Shown one piece after another: positions 14,414 through 28,868 of a DNA stretch of 64,000 nt. How positions within the stretch are numbered: the stretch's first letter is position 1; each line of letters opens with the position of its first letter. This DNA is from Eledone cirrhosa. Taxonomy: Eukaryota. The stretch lies in assembly GCA_964016885.1 (NCBI GenBank), contig OZ024746.1:6324001-6388000 (forward strand), in the 5' to 3' direction. Position numbers and translations under genes: made by a program. The notes under the pieces were generated by a model. That model made no database searches. It had not been told where the DNA came from and saw only the letters and a program-made list of their open reading frames with translations.

Positions 14414-15852
14414 CAGTTGCATTTATCTTGCTTTATGTTCATACGAGTTATCACCAAGTCACAACCAGTGACCTCAAGAGACAACAAGGTCCACCATGTT
14501 CAAGAAAGAACATACATACACACACATGCATCTCTAGGTGTTTAGACTTGTGATGTACTTATATTGACAGAATCTTCCTTAGTATATGGGCAGTTCCCAT
14601 TAGTACTATCTTTTGTAGTTCTCCTATACGCGGGTTTCCTGGGATTTGCGATAAGTAATCATTAGACCCCTTAGGTATCATTCCTAGAGCGCCTACAACA
14701 ACTGGTATCGTTTTAGTTCTCAATTTCCACATTTTTCAAATTCTATCTCCAGGTCCTTATACTTGCTCAATTTTTCAAATGTTTTTATAGATACATTCTT
14801 GTCTATTGGAACGGACATATCAATTAGCAAGCATACCCTCTTTTTAAAGTCCTTCAGTATTATATCAGGTCTATTTGCATCTATTTTTCGGTCTGTTTGG
14901 ATGCTAAAGTTCCACAAGATTGAGATGTGATCTTTTTCAGGTACGGGAGGTGGTTGATGCTCCCACCAATTCTTTTGATGGGGCAGGTCAAAATGCTTAC
15001 ACATTATCCAATGTATGCATTGTGCAGATCTGTCGTGTCTTTTTAGGTATTCAGTTGGAGCTATAGGACTGCACATTGAAATTATATGATCAATGGTCTC
15101 TGGTTGTTCTTTACATACACGGCATAATGGGTTGCATCCATTTTTTATTATGTTGGCTTAGTCATTTTTTGTTGGCAGACACTGATCTTGTGCTGATATA
15201 ATTAGTCCTTCAGTCTCCAATTTCAGTCCAGAGGATGCCAACCACTGATGGGTTAAAGTTTTGTCAACATCAGGATTGTTAGCTCTTTCTGGGTATTTTC
15301 CATAAGAGGCTTTTCTTGCCATTTTATGTAGCAATTCTTTCTTTGCAGTTACTTTTACCTGCTTTGCTTTTTCTGTGTTTTCCATTTCAGCAGTAAATGG
15401 AACTTCTGAAATTTGTAGTCCATTACTGTATCTTTGTGCATCTTTTGTAATGGAGTATGATCTTTTGATGCTTTCATGTTTCAAAACGAGTTTGATCATC
15501 CAATCATGTGATTCCCTTAGATATGTAGATAATCCAATTGTTGCAGTTTTCAACGCAATGTCTAACTGGATTAACCACGTCCTCCTTTTTTCCTAGGGAG
15601 ATATATTCATATTAACTTATCCAGCTTCCAGTAATTTTTTTTCACTATTCACAAGTGAAGAGTGTCGTTTTCCATGTCTTCATACTGAGTGACAGGAACC
15701 TGTTGACAACGGGAGATATTTTGAAAATCTCTAAACATTTTTCAATCCAACTGTGTGGCAAACTATCGAATGCTTTTTTGTAATCTATCCAAACAATTGA
15801 TAGATTTTTGCGTCTATTATGACAATCTTCCAGTATCATTTTGTTAACATCT
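14414..15852 (-). mobile_element. Decayed R4/Dong-like non-LTR retrotransposon, internally deleted
   Basis: WIDYKKAFDSLPHSWI RT motif, CCHC region, RLE NRPDIIL..LIDMSVP..KY; 3' end abuts (TTA)n at ~14399-14413. Confidence 0.85.
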
Positions 15853-16109
15853 GAAACTACTTCGCATTTTCTTATTCTATATATATATATATTTTTTTTT
15901 TCAATCACATTTTTTTATTTGTTTGAGCCGAATTACTTGGTCGTTTCTATGGCTGTGCGGATAATGATTTAACCATCGTCTCAGTATGTTTGGCCTTTTA
16001 ACGTATGTTGTAGCTCTGGTTCGTTAGAATCTATTGAGCGCTTGCCACACATCTCGGAAGTTGTTTTTCGCTAATTTCCAATAGCCGAAATATGATTCTC
16101 GCTAATTTA

Positions 16110-16212
<103 letters not shown>

Positions 16213-16529
16213 AGAAGAGCGTTGGTAGATAGACATTACAGACAGAAACATGAAATAGGATGAAATATAGTGAGGTGATTAAATTAAAGTCTTAACTGGT
16301 AACAGATGATATGAAATAGGGTAACTTAATGACAGAATAGGACATGGAACACCATGGCGAAAACATTTCGAAGCTTGTTAATACAAACGGTGGTCGAATA
16401 ATGGAGAAATTGAAGATTTTGAAACACTTGAATTCATTTGTGAGAGATTCAAATGGAATGAGCTGTCTTGAACTGAACTAGCGTCTTATACGACAGGAAG
16501 GTTGTTATAATCTGCAATCAACACCATTG

Positions 16530-16735
16530 GGTGGATTGGCAGTATCGGTAGAGGGTCGGACACCACGCTTTAACGCATAGAGTTACGTCCCTTGCCATTC
16601 TGAGTTCAAATCCCGCCGAGGTTAACTTTGCCTTTCATCCTTACGGGGTCGATAAAATGAAGTACCAGTCACGCACTGGTGTTGATTTAATCGTCTGCCC
16701 TCCAAATTTCTGGCCTTGTGCCTCATTCAGAAATC
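16530..16735 (+). mobile_element. SINE family A (plus orientation)
   Basis: gggtggattggcagtatcgg head and core. Confidence 0.9.
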
Positions 16736-17855
16736 ATCATTATTATAATCGACTGTTATATTACACCGATATATCTATTCTTATACAGTGGTTATATTAC
16801 CAACAAACAGGGAATTGTCTTGGAATAGTTCATTCCCTTTCGTATAACTTTTTCTTAACTTCAATGAAAGAAGCTCATAATCAGTCTGTAGTACTTCTTA
16901 TTTTTTATGGAAAGTTCTAATTGCTATATCTATTTACTATATTATTATATTTGACTTTATGAAAAGGAAGCCTTTCATCTTGAAATGTTCCACACATTTC
17001 TATTCAAATCGTATCAATGATTATTGAAAGGATTTCAAAACATTATGTATTTTGCTAACGATAAAAATGACTATATAGGTGTCACGTGAATGTAAACTCT
17101 TAGAAAAGAGGTAAGATAAATATTAATATTTTGAAGAAAAAAAACATAAACTAGAATGATTATTCAATAAATTAGAATTTATCTTTAGTTACAAAGATCA
17201 TAGATAAAGCGGAGAGTCTGTGTTTCATTTGAAAGTTAATAGAATCGTTAGGATGTTTTATATAAAATCTTTTATATTATTTCTTCTTTCCTATGTTTTG
17301 TATTTTATTCCTGGCCTCAATCTAATATTCTGCATGGCTATCGCTGTTGAATGTTTCTTCGAATTTCAACCTTCATTCTTTTCAATCAGATAATTCAGAT
17401 TCAAAGTTTCCGAAGTAATATTTTCGAAAGATCAACAAGATTTGCTTACTGAGTGGAACTCGTCAGATCGGAGTAAGAAAACAATGTTTCCATTGGTCTT
17501 TCCAGTTGCTCATACTATCTACCATTCGTGACTCCTGGTAGAGGGAAGAACGTGAAATAAAGTGTCTTGTTCAGGGAAATAGCACATTACCAACTCCGGT
17601 AATCAAACTTACAACGTCACGATTATGAACCTAACTCTCTAACCAATAACCCAATATGTATTCTTTTCTCCATCCACACAGATATTCATTCACCGCAATA
17701 CATTTTATTAACAATGCTGCTTAAAACACTACTAAAAGGCAACAGTTTTTGAATTCCGTTCATTTACCTTCTGCGTTCCGTTATTACAATTTTACAACTC
17801 TTATTTCACTCTAACACAAAATGGAAATCTATGAAGAACAGCATATTCTATCTAA

Positions 17856-19632
17856 TATAATACAGTGGTGGTATATCAGTTTTACTGTCGGTATAATACA
17901 GTGGTGGTATATCAGTTTTACTGTTGGAATAATACAAGATGGTATATCAGTTTTACTGTCGGTATAATATAGTGGTGGTATATCAGTTTTACTGTTGGTA
18001 TAATACAAGATGGTATATCAGTTTTACTGTTGGTATAATATAGTGGTGGTATATCAGTTTTACTATTGGTATAAAATTAAGATGGTATATCAGTTTTACT
18101 GTTGGTATAATACAAGGTGGTATATCAGTTTTACTGTTGGTATAATACAAGATGGTATATCAGTTTTACTGTCGGTATAATATAGTGGTGGTATATCAGT
18201 TTTACTGTTGGTATAATACAAGATGGTATATCAGTTTTACTGTCGGTATAATATAGTGGTGGTATATCAGTTTTACTGTTGGTATAATACAAGGTGGTAT
18301 ATCAGTTTTACTGTCGGTATAATATAGTGGTGGTATATCAGTTTTACTATTGGTATAAAATTAAGATGGTATATCAGTTTTACTGTTGGTATAATACAAG
18401 ATGGTATATCAGTTTTACTGTTGGTATAATACAAGATGGTATATCAGTTTTACTGTCGGTATAATATAGTGGTGGTATATCAGTTTTACTGTTGGTATAA
18501 TACAAGATGGTATATCAGTTTTACTGTCGGTATAATATAGTGGTGGTATATCAGTTTTACTGTTGGTATAATACAAGATGGTATATCAGTTTTACTGTCG
18601 GTATAATATAGTGGTGGTATATCAGTTTTACTGTTGGTATAATACAAGATGGTATATCAGTTTTACTGTCGGTATAATATAGTGGTGGTATATCAGTTTT
18701 ACTGTTGGTATAATACAAGATGGTATATCAGTTTTACTGTTGGTATAATACAAGGTGGTATATCAGTTTTACTGTCGGTATAATATAGTGGTGGTATATC
18801 AGTTTTACTGTTGGTATAATACAAGATGGTATATCAGTTTTACTGTCGGTATAATATAGTGGTGGTATATCAGTTTTACTGTTGGTATAATACAAGATGG
18901 TATATCAGTTTTACTGTCGGTATAATATAGTGGTGGTATATCAGTTTTACTGTTGGTATAATACAAGATGGTATATCAGTTTTACTGTTGGTATAATACA
19001 AGGTGGTATATCAGTTTTACTGTCGGTATAATATAGTGGTGGTATATCAGTTTTACTGTTGGTATAATACAAGATGGTATATCAGTTTTACTGTTGGTAT
19101 AATATAGTGGTGGTATATCAGTTTTACTGTTGGTATAATACAAGGTGGCATATCAGTTTTACTGTCGGTATAATATAGTGGTGGTATATCAGTTTTACTG
19201 TTGGTATAATACAAGATGGTATATCAGTTTTACTGTTGGTATAATACAAGGTGGCATATCAGTTTTACTGTCGGTATAATATAGTGGTGGTATATCAGTT
19301 TTACTGTTGGTATAATACAAGATGGTATATCAGTTTTACTGTTGGTATAATACAAGATGGTATATCAGTTTTACTGTTGGTATAATACAAGGTGGTATAT
19401 CAGTTTTACTGTCGGTATAATATAGTGGTGGTATATCAGTTTTACTGTTGGTATAATACAAGATGGTATATCAGTTTTACTGTTGGTATAATACAAGATG
19501 GTATATCAGTTTTACTGTTGGTATAATACAAGGTGGTATATCAGTTTTACTGTCGGTATAATATAGTGGTAGTATATCAGTTTTACTGTCGGTATAATAT
19601 AGTGGTGGTATATCAGTTTTACTGTTGGTATA
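17856..19632. repeat. 35/36-bp minisatellite, ~50 units
   Basis: Units tataatacaagatggtatatcagttttactgttgg (35) and tataatatagtggtggtatatcagttttactgttgg (36), frequently alternating. Confidence 0.95.
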
Positions 19633-19695
19633 GTTGGAAACAAGTTTAATGTTTCGGATGATATTCCTTCATAGAAAGAGAGAGGAGCACGTGTT

Positions 19696-19757
<62 letters not shown>

Positions 19758-19761
<4 letters not shown>

Positions 19762-19955
19762 AAAAAGTATGACCCCGACGGAAGAGCTCAAGCCGTTTCG
19801 ACGGCTATTTCTGCGTCCAGAAATAGCCGTCGAAGCGGCTTGAGCTCTGCCGTCGGGGTCATACTTTTTTCCTATTTCCTACTCTACTACCCCTAAGTAT
19901 TGAGTACTCTGGTGCGTTATGGTCCATCTGGTTCCTTACCACAATTCCTTTGTTT
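19758..19955. mobile_element. Fold-back mini-element (Naiad-1 end family)
   Basis: Hairpin 19758-19874 plus ~80-nt tail, in (TA)n; matches the PLE terminus at 45078-45135. Confidence 0.85.
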
Positions 19956-20427
19956 TATATATATATATATATACACAAAACAAGCAGGTTGTTCCCTTGA
20001 TCTCATCAACTGGAACACTCATCGCTGTAGCAGACGGAGTGCCAGTCATATCTATATAATATACCAGCTAACACACACATTTAATGAACCCCAATAGAAA
20101 ACACGAAAGAAGAAGATTAAAATATAGTATAGAATTAAACGAGATATATTACCGACATGTTCAAATGGAACAATATATTTAGAGTTAAGATAGGGTTAAT
20201 AAAAGTACCTGCTATTTACGTAGAACTTAGAGGATGATCAATATATCGGCAAACAGTCGTTACTAGATATAGAAATATACACAACATACAACCATTGTCA
20301 GTTTATATTTATTCTATGCAGTCAGAACAGTAATTCTATTTAATGCTAGCTATAGATTACCTAATATCTTTTATATATTTATATTAAATTACATTGATCA
20401 TTTGTGTATATACATAGTATATATATG

Positions 20428-20498
<71 letters not shown>

Positions 20499-20609
20499 AT
20501 ATGTATGTATGTATGTATGAATGTATGTATATATATATCTAGAAGTGTGTGTATGTTTCTATACATCCATACATACATGCACACTAACGCGTACATACAC
20601 ACACACACA

Positions 20610-20662
<53 letters not shown>

Positions 20663-21717
20663 ATATATATATATAGTTCTGTGTATCGATGTACCTTAAT
20701 ATTTACATATACTGTTATAGTTTAAACTTCTTTTTACTTCATTATTCCTTATTTGGTTCTCTTCCGTTAAACTAAAATTTCTTTCATCCTTTGACAGTAA
20801 ACCTATTATTTAGTTACTCTGTTCTTCGGATGTACTTTAAAATTAGTGTCTGGAAACATAATATTAGAATTCAGGTATTTTAGAGTTCAGGCATTTTACT
20901 TAGATTTATTTAAAATAAACTTTTATGTCAAGGTGCGTGGCTTAGTGGTTATAGAGTTGTGAATTCGATTCCTAGACCGAGCGATGAGTTGAGTCCTTAA
21001 GCAAGACACCTTATTTTACATTTCTCCAGTTCATTCAGGTGTAGAAATGAGTTGCTACGTCATTGGTGTGAAGCCGTATCGTCATTGGTGTGAAGCCTTA
21101 GACAACAGAGAGACTTACACATGCACAAACACACACATACACACAGGTACATATACACACACATACACACACATACACACACATACACACATAAACACAC
21201 ATAAACACACATAGACACAAATTACATAATGCTTAGGACAGGATATCTCATCTTCTAGAAAGAGAAGCGAGATTTCAGTCTCAATTGAATGAGCTCGACA
21301 AATTAATACATTTGGAGCTGCTATACAGAATGTGAAGGTGTCGTCCAGTCCTATTTACACTCGTTGTCAAACCTTTATCCTCACCATGTAGTCTAGAGCT
21401 CACCGAAACTCTCTCCTCTCAACAGATATAAAGTTATTTTTGTACAGTGTGGAACATATCTAAACACAATTCCTCTCATGCGAAGTTCCTTGTATTTCGT
21501 TGCTTTTTACCGGAATCGATAATCGATAATTGATTACTTGGATCGATTTCAGTTTGCCTAACGATCTCTTGGAGCTGTGAAACAGTACTATAAGGAATAT
21601 TAATTTTTCCACCTTAATTTTGTATGTTTCTTCCTGAATACTATTTATATCAAATATGTGTACAAAATACTGTTTCTCAAACGATATTTGACTCTCTAAA
21701 TATATCTTTTGAATTTG

Positions 21718-21777
<60 letters not shown>

Positions 21778-21785
21778 TATATATA

Positions 21786-21971
21786 TAGGAAAAGATCAGA
21801 ACCCCGACGGCAGGGCTGAAACTATTTCTGGACGCAGAAATAGCTGTCGAAACGGCTTGAGCTCTGCCGTCGGGGTTCTGACTCTTTTCCTATTACCCCC
21901 TCTACTACCCAAAGTTTCGAGTACTCTGGTGCGTTATGGTTCACCTGGTTCCTTACCACATTTCCTTTGTT
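21786..21971. mobile_element. Fold-back mini-element (Naiad-1 end family)
   Basis: Same architecture, (TA)n on both sides. Confidence 0.85.
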
Positions 21972-22004
21972 ATATATATATATATATATATATATAGTGT
22001 GTGT

Positions 22005-22050
<46 letters not shown>

Positions 22051-22369
22051 GCGTGTGTGTGTATAAATAACTGATGATTACTGAAGATGTTTTATAAAAA
22101 CCCTAGAAAATGCTATTTTCATCATTTCTAAAAATAGCAAAACACTTGATGCTTTGGATAAGGTCAAATAGAAGTCGTTAGACATGCTCAACCAACCGTG
22201 ACGACTAAACCAATCAGCTTTAGTAATCTAGCGAAACCACACACCGATTGGTCGAAATACAGTTTGCAAAACTTAGCATTCTGTAGCCCCTTTTTACTGT
22301 ATATAAGGCACAGTTTTTAGCCATCTCATTACAGTTGAAAATTGCCAACTTGACTGTCACCACTGAATA

Positions 22370-22408
22370 TGAACCTGAAGATTGCGAAAGCATGAAAGTA
22401 CTTGTTCA
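22370..22408 (+). ncRNA. Minimal type I hammerhead ribozyme
   Basis: tgaac-CTGAAGA-t TGC gaaa GCA t-GAAA-GTAC-TT-gttca; 5-bp helix I; within a ~460-nt segment flanked by microsatellites. Confidence 0.75.
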
Positions 22409-22672
22409 ATTAACATTTAACATTTAATATTCTACCATACTATTTCATTATAATATCATTATAATTTTAAAGGATTGTAAATAAAACGAGTAAATCAGAC
22501 AAAGTTGGAATTCCTTTTATTAATATATATTTATATATACACAGAGATATCCACGGGAAGTTGTGGGGTCTATTCTGGATGAAGAACTCAATGTAATCCA
22601 TATGTTGAAAGTGTTGTAGGTGAAGATAAATCCAGGAAAACAATAAAACATTAAAAGGAAAACAGAGTCATG

Positions 22673-22761
22673 ATATAAGTTAAAACAATGAAATAAAAAA
22701 TAATGAAATAAAAAATCAAGTCTAATGACTTGATTTTTTATTTCATTGTTTTAACTTATAT
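22673..22761. repeat. AT-rich inverted repeat next to (TA)n
   Basis: atataagttaaaacaatgaaataaaaaa...tcaagtc taat gacttgattttttatttcattgttttaacttatat, with a 15-nt duplication in one arm. Confidence 0.8.
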
Positions 22762-23429
22762 GTATATATATATATATAATATCTTTGGTAGTATAGAGAA
22801 TAAGTGTTTCTACTTTAGGCACAAGGCCAGCAAATACCCAGTGCATTACTGGTACTTTATTCTATATTGAAAGGCAAAGTTAACCTCGGCGGGATGAATC
22901 AAGTTATTACCTGAATCAAAAAATATAATAATATAAATACTGTAGGCACAAGGCCAGCAATTTCCCAGTACTTTATTTTATCGACCCCGTAAGGATAAAA
23001 GGAAAAGTCAACCTCGGCGGGTAATAATAAAATGTCTTTATCATTTGAACCGAGAGACGTATCAAATCTAATATTATTTGATGTTTTAACTGTAGTCAAA
23101 TAGGATTCTCCATTTCAAGTAGCCTTGTTTCTATGGTTTATTTTCAGGGTGAATTATTTATATGTTTGCAGAACTTTGAGACGCCGCTTGAATATTTATA
23201 ATATGAAAATTCTTTGAATTGATATTTTCACAATGTTTTCTGTTTACGCAACAAGATTTTCCCCTTCGTTCAGTTTTCGTATTTGTTGTTTATGTTTTCT
23301 GACTCACAAGAAGAATTTTCCGTCTCAGCGATGTAATGTCCATTGTAACTAGGACATATTCAATTTTCTGTTTTGTAGTTCATGTCATGATTTATTAACG
23401 TCCACATCGGCGTGCTTCATTGTTTCTAT

Positions 23430-23750
23430 TCTCTCTCTCTCTCTCTATCTCATTTCTCTCTTGCTCTCTCTCTCATTTCTCTCCAGCTCCCTCTTCCTCC
23501 CTTTCTCTCTCTCTCTCTCATTTCTCTCCAACTCCCTCTTCCTCTCTCTCTCATTTCTCTCCAGCTCCCTCTTCCCCCCTTTCTCTCTCTCATTTCTCTC
23601 CAACTCCCTCTTCCCCTCTCTCTCTCTCTCTCTCCCATTTCTCTCTAACTCCCTCTTCATCTCTCTCATTTTTCTCTCTCTCTCTCATTTCTCTCCAACA
23701 CTCTCTTCATCTCTCTCATTTCTTTCCAACTCCCCCTTTCTCTCTCTCTG
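23430..23750. repeat. Polypyrimidine (CT-rich) degenerate tandem repeat
   Basis: Repeated ctctctcatttctctccaactccctcttc units. Confidence 0.85.
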
Positions 23751-24118
23751 CTTCAATATATTTCTTTCTGTATAAATATTTATGATACAACATCATAGCA
23801 TAAATCGGTAGGCTTAGGGTAAAACTAAGCTAGATATAATTATCTTCTGAACGTTATGATAACACCATGCCATACTCGGTTATAAGTACGGCATTATGAT
23901 ATTCTGACGTTGTCTCCAGCAAGCAATTAGCAGTTGAAAGATGGTTAAAGACAATAGCATTGCAAATACCACACTAGCTATATCTTCAATGCTTTTACAG
24001 AACATTCGGAATCATTATCTGATGTGGTCTGTACCCTCAAGGGATGTTTTTGAATTTGTTTTTTGTTTGTGTTTGCTGTTCATAATTAAGCTATTTTTAA
24101 TTAAATATTATTATTATT

Positions 24119-26960
24119 GTTCTTTGAGTCTCAGTCATTGATGTTATTTAACTGGAAAATTTGTTGAAATGAATATCAAGCCGCTACCTGCAGCCTCAGA
24201 TATTCAGGACGTATCGGAGAGTTTTTGCTGTTCCCAACAAGCATGCCTTTTGAAGTGTTCCAAAAAGTGGGGCTGGACTAATCTTCATGGAAACTCTTTG
24301 AGATAGTACCTAGTACGCCTATGACAATCGGCACGACTCTGACTTCATGGCAGTTCCAAATCCTTTTTACTCCCACTTTAAGTCCTGGTAACGGTTAATT
24401 TTCTCCCTCTCCTTTTCTTGCACTCTCGTGTCAAATGGGCAGGCTACATCTACAATCAGACACGATCTTTTTTCCTTGTCCAAAACCACCAGGTCAGGCC
24501 TATTGTGTTCTAATTTCTAGTCCGTCTGTATCCTAAAGTCCCATAGCACCTTCCCCTGATCGTTTTCTATCACCGACTCTGGCTTATGCTCATACCACTT
24601 CTCAGAATGTGGTAAATTGTTTACTTTTCATAGATGCCAGTGGATCACCCTGCCCATCACATCATGTCTCCAGCGTTTATAGTGAGTCTGGGCTAGGTGT
24701 TTACACTCGGATACAATGTGAGCCACAGTCTCCTCTCTCTCTCCACAGATCCTACACAGTGGGCTAGCCTTCTCCTTGTAAATATGGTGTTGCACCTACT
24801 TCGTTCTGAGGGCCGGCTCTTGCGCAGCCATTAGCCTCCCTTCTGTAGCTTTTTTAAGGTCTCATCTTTTTAACTAGTTCCATGTCTGTGGATCTCTAAA
24901 TTCAGTTTTCTTAAAGAAGGTACTATGAAGGGATTTTTCATGAAGGGTGCTCTTCCTCCTTGTTATTTCGTCCTTGGACATCCCCTGGTCTATTGTCTTC
25001 CCCTTCAGTACAATTTTGAGCATTGGATCCTTACTGTCAGTCACGCATTTGTGCAGGTTGTTTTTCTCCATCTAAACCCAGTCCTCTATGCTGATAAGAC
25101 CTCTTCCACCTTCAGATCTCTTTAAGTAGAGTCTATCGACATTACTCCTCTTATGGAACATGTTGTAGATAGTCAATAACTTCCTAGTCTTTCTATCCAT
25201 TTCTTTTTGTTCAGCAACATTCCATTTCAGAATTCCCGCACTGTACCTAATAATAAACACAGCTCGGGAATTCACTGCACTTATGAGTCCTACTATTTAG
25301 ATGTGATTTTAATACGCTCCTTACTCTCCTAATGTACTCAGATCTTATCAATTCCTTCATTTTTTTGTTCTTGATGTCATCTGCCTCCAGAACACCTAAA
25401 TATTTGTATCCTTCTTCAGTGTCAATTTCCTTTATCATCTCACCTGTTGGTACCTGGATTCCGTTGCTTCTGCTCAATTTACCCCTCTTCATTACTAGAC
25501 TCCACACTTATTAATACCAAATTCCATACATATATCATTGCTGAAAATACGGACAGTGTCAACAAGTACATCCAACTCCTTCTCACTCTTGCCAAAGAGA
25601 TTAAGATCGTCCATAAAGAGGAAGTGGTTGATGGTAAGCTCTCCTTTTCCCAACTTGTATCCTGTTCTCACTTTTCGCAATATAACGGTCAGGGGTATCA
25701 GGGCAAGGACAAACAGCAGAGGGGACAAACTATCTCCCTAGAAGATACCTCTCTTGATCTTCACGCCTCCCAAGGATTCTCCATCCGATGTTAACTCTGT
25801 TTCCCAGGACTTTATACTTTTGCTCAACAACTGTCTGATGTTATCTGCCACCTTGAAGATCTCTAGGCTTTTGGTTATCCAAGAATGTGGTACCATGTCG
25901 AATGCCTTTTTGTAATCTATCCATCCCATGCCAAGACCAGTGTGTCTCCTCTTGTAATTCCTCATTACCATCTTATCAATAAGTAACTGGTGTTTGGTAC
26001 CACGGGACTTCTTTCGGCATCCTTTCTGTTCGTCCGGTAACAAGTTGTTTATGTGGAGGTGATGGTAGGTTTCCTCAGACATAATGCTTGTTAACAGTTT
26101 CCACATTACGGACAGACATGTGATAGGCCTATAGTTGGTAACATCATTACCCTTGATTCGGTCTTTCATTACCAGAACTGTGGTACCTTTTGTCAACCAC
26201 TCTGGTACCTCACCTGACATCAAGCAGTCATTGAACATGGTTGTCAGTTTCGGGTGGAGGGATATTATATTTTTAATCCAATACCCCTGCACACCATCTG
26301 GGCCTGGTGATTTCCAGCTGGTTAGTTTTTTGGCCTGCCCTGTAAGAGTTTCAACTGTGATACCCAAATCCGGTTGTTGGTGTGCTTGTTCGCTAATCTC
26401 CTTTTGAACTGTCTCAATCCACACTGCCTGACTATTATCTTCAACATCCTGCTCCCATATTCCTCTCCAGAATGTCTTAGTCTGTTCCACCTCAGGTATC
26501 AAGTCATTGCCTCTTTCTTGCCCTTCAAGCTGTCCAAACAACATCTTCTAGTTGTTGTCAAACATGCGGTTCTATCTATACTGACTGACTCTGCTTTGAT
26601 ACCGCCTAATTTTTGCACTTTTCGCTATAATGCGTTCCTTCAGTTCCTCTATGATAATATTTAGCTTTTTCCCCCTAGTTTTGTACTTTATTTCCAATCT
26701 ATCTTTAGTGTCTATGTTTTGTAATGTCCCATTCAGTAAGGACTCAAGCTTTCCAATGTCTTTTCTCATTTCCTTGATTTGACCATTCAGTCGTTTCTTC
26801 CACCAAGGTTCTGATTTTTCTTGTTTGTTGTTTCCTCTCCTTTTTATGCCAAGTAATTTCCTCACCGCATTTGCTGTTGCTTTGAGGATATTGTTGCACT
26901 GGTGAAGGTTCCTCGCCTCAGGGTATGGGATGACTTAGTTTACCTTAGCTGTTGTTTCTT
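24119..26960 (-). mobile_element. Decayed R4/Dong-like non-LTR retrotransposon
   Basis: Fragmented ORFs with KSPGPDG, NYRPITCL, WIDYKKAFD, FMDDL, CCHC and NRPD RLE; (TTA)n tracts at both ends. Confidence 0.9.
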
Positions 26961-26977
26961 TATTATCATTATTATTA

Positions 26978-27021
<44 letters not shown>

Positions 27022-27032
27022 ATTTTTTTTTC

Positions 27033-27195
27033 ATCTTCTTCTTCTTCTTCTTCTTCTTCTTCTTCTTCTTCTTCTTCTTCTTCTTCTTGAGATGGCCGTG
27101 GGAGCAGAGTTTTCAAACACTCCTTCCAGCGGGTCCTGTCAGATGGGCCTGACTCCAAGCGAGACCAGCCACTCTCATAGATGTTACCCAATAAC
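27033..27195 (-). mobile_element. RTE-clade LINE 3' fragment with (GAA)n tail
   Basis: GWSRL..DRTRWKECLKTL; related to 28869-29230, 55635-55810, 60510-60660(+), 61795-61960. Confidence 0.7.
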
Positions 27196-27829
27196 ATTAT
27201 AAAAAGGTTCATGATTTAGGCACAAGGCCAACAGTTTGGGAGGAGGGAAAAGGTATTTTAAGGATGAAACGATGAAAGGCAAAGTTAACTTCGGTGGGAT
27301 TTGAACTCGGAATGTAGATGGCCGGAACTATATGGTGCAAAGCATGTTGTCCGATGCTCTACCGATACTTGTATCACATTACATAAAATCCTATTTGCAA
27401 AAAGGACAATACCATTGGTTTTATAAGGCATGACGTATGAACTACACTTCAAAATGTTCAAATGTAACAGTGTGTGATGACCGGCATCCCTTTAAATTTC
27501 CTTATTTAGTTATTACAAGTGGGATTTCAGCAAAGCCATATCTATAGTAAACCCCTCAAACCCTCCACCACATCAACTTCTTCTACCTCATGTGAAAAGA
27601 AATCCTTCTCACTAAATTGACTCTTACTGTATTCTTTTCATTATATACCATAGATCAAGACATCTCTGTCAGAACTATTCTAGAAATGACTACTTCATAA
27701 TCTACACCTAATTATCTAATTATAAAATATCATGCAGGTACAAATAATTGTCAATTTCACTTTCTCACTATATTTGATTAGTATAGAAGAATGTATATAT
27801 ATATATATGTATGTATATATGTATGTATG

Positions 27830-28440
27830 TTCTTCTGGTTTTATACTTTTATAAATGTTTACCAATAGCGAGAGAGTCGGTTTCTAACATAGACACAAGA
27901 CTCTCTCATTGGAATTTACACAACATCAACTAGGGAGATATGTCTGCATGTCTGCATGCATCTGTAGATATGGATGTTATTGTATGTGTGCATGTGTATG
28001 TTTTGAGTGAGTTGTATGTGTGCCTGCTTTGTATCTGTACATGTGTATATATGCATTCATTAGATGCAACATTTTTAGAATGTTTTACATATTTTTTCTG
28101 TTCCATTAATGGATTGTACTTGTAATTTCCTAACTAGTTATGTTCTTTCTGTTCCTGTGAAGCCTAGCTTCTCAAGATTTGTATTGAGACAGTTACTAAC
28201 ATACCCCCAGTGCCCCAATAATCACAGGCATAAATCTGAAGGTGTAATCAGGGTGGAGTATCTGCAGATTTCTCATCAGTTCTGCATAAATATTCTCCTT
28301 TTGGCTAATCTTTGATATTATATTGGCATCTGCTGGGCAGCTAATTTCCACTACTGTGCATGCTTTCTTCTCCCTGTCCCATATCATAATATCTGGTCTG
28401 TTATGCCTGCATTTTATATAAAAACGTGACATATACTTTT
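27830..28440 (-). mobile_element. 5'-truncated copy of the 56917-60500 R4/Dong family
   Basis: HNRPDIMIW..VVEISCP RLE domain and matching 3' UTR abutting TATG repeats. Confidence 0.85.
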
Positions 28441-28868
28441 ACTTCCATATATCGTGATTATTATATTACACAATTTTCTGTTTTCTTGTGTATAATTAAA
28501 CAATTTAAAAAAAAAAGATTACTGTTTGAAAATGACAGTAATTTAATATGGTAAATATTTCTTCATTCATAAACCATTTATTCAATTCCAAAGGGGACCA
28601 TTTGCTGATATAGTAATAACATGAATTGACTGAACCATGTAAACATACCATACAAGAAGACAAAATACACCAAAATACACCAAAATGTAGACAGCAACTA
28701 TTATACAACTGATGGGGATTCATAAATCTTCAGTTTCAAAGTTAAATGAATTGTTATTGCGAACAGACAATATATGATTCTTATGAAAATGTTTTTAAAC
28801 GGTCAGCCAATTAAGTCAAAAATGATATTTGCCTCTTCCTCTTCCTCCTCCTCCTCCTCCTCCTCTCC

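Noticed and set aside
15940-16000. HHR-like motif on the minus strand
   Set aside because: Core interrupted (ctgagacga) and no palindromic loop or helix I
16530-16620. tRNA genes
   Set aside because: A/B boxes belong to SINE heads; no cloverleaf can be formed
17856-19632. CRISPR-like array (35-36 bp period)
   Set aside because: Units are contiguous with no unique spacers, there are no cas genes, and the context is eukaryotic
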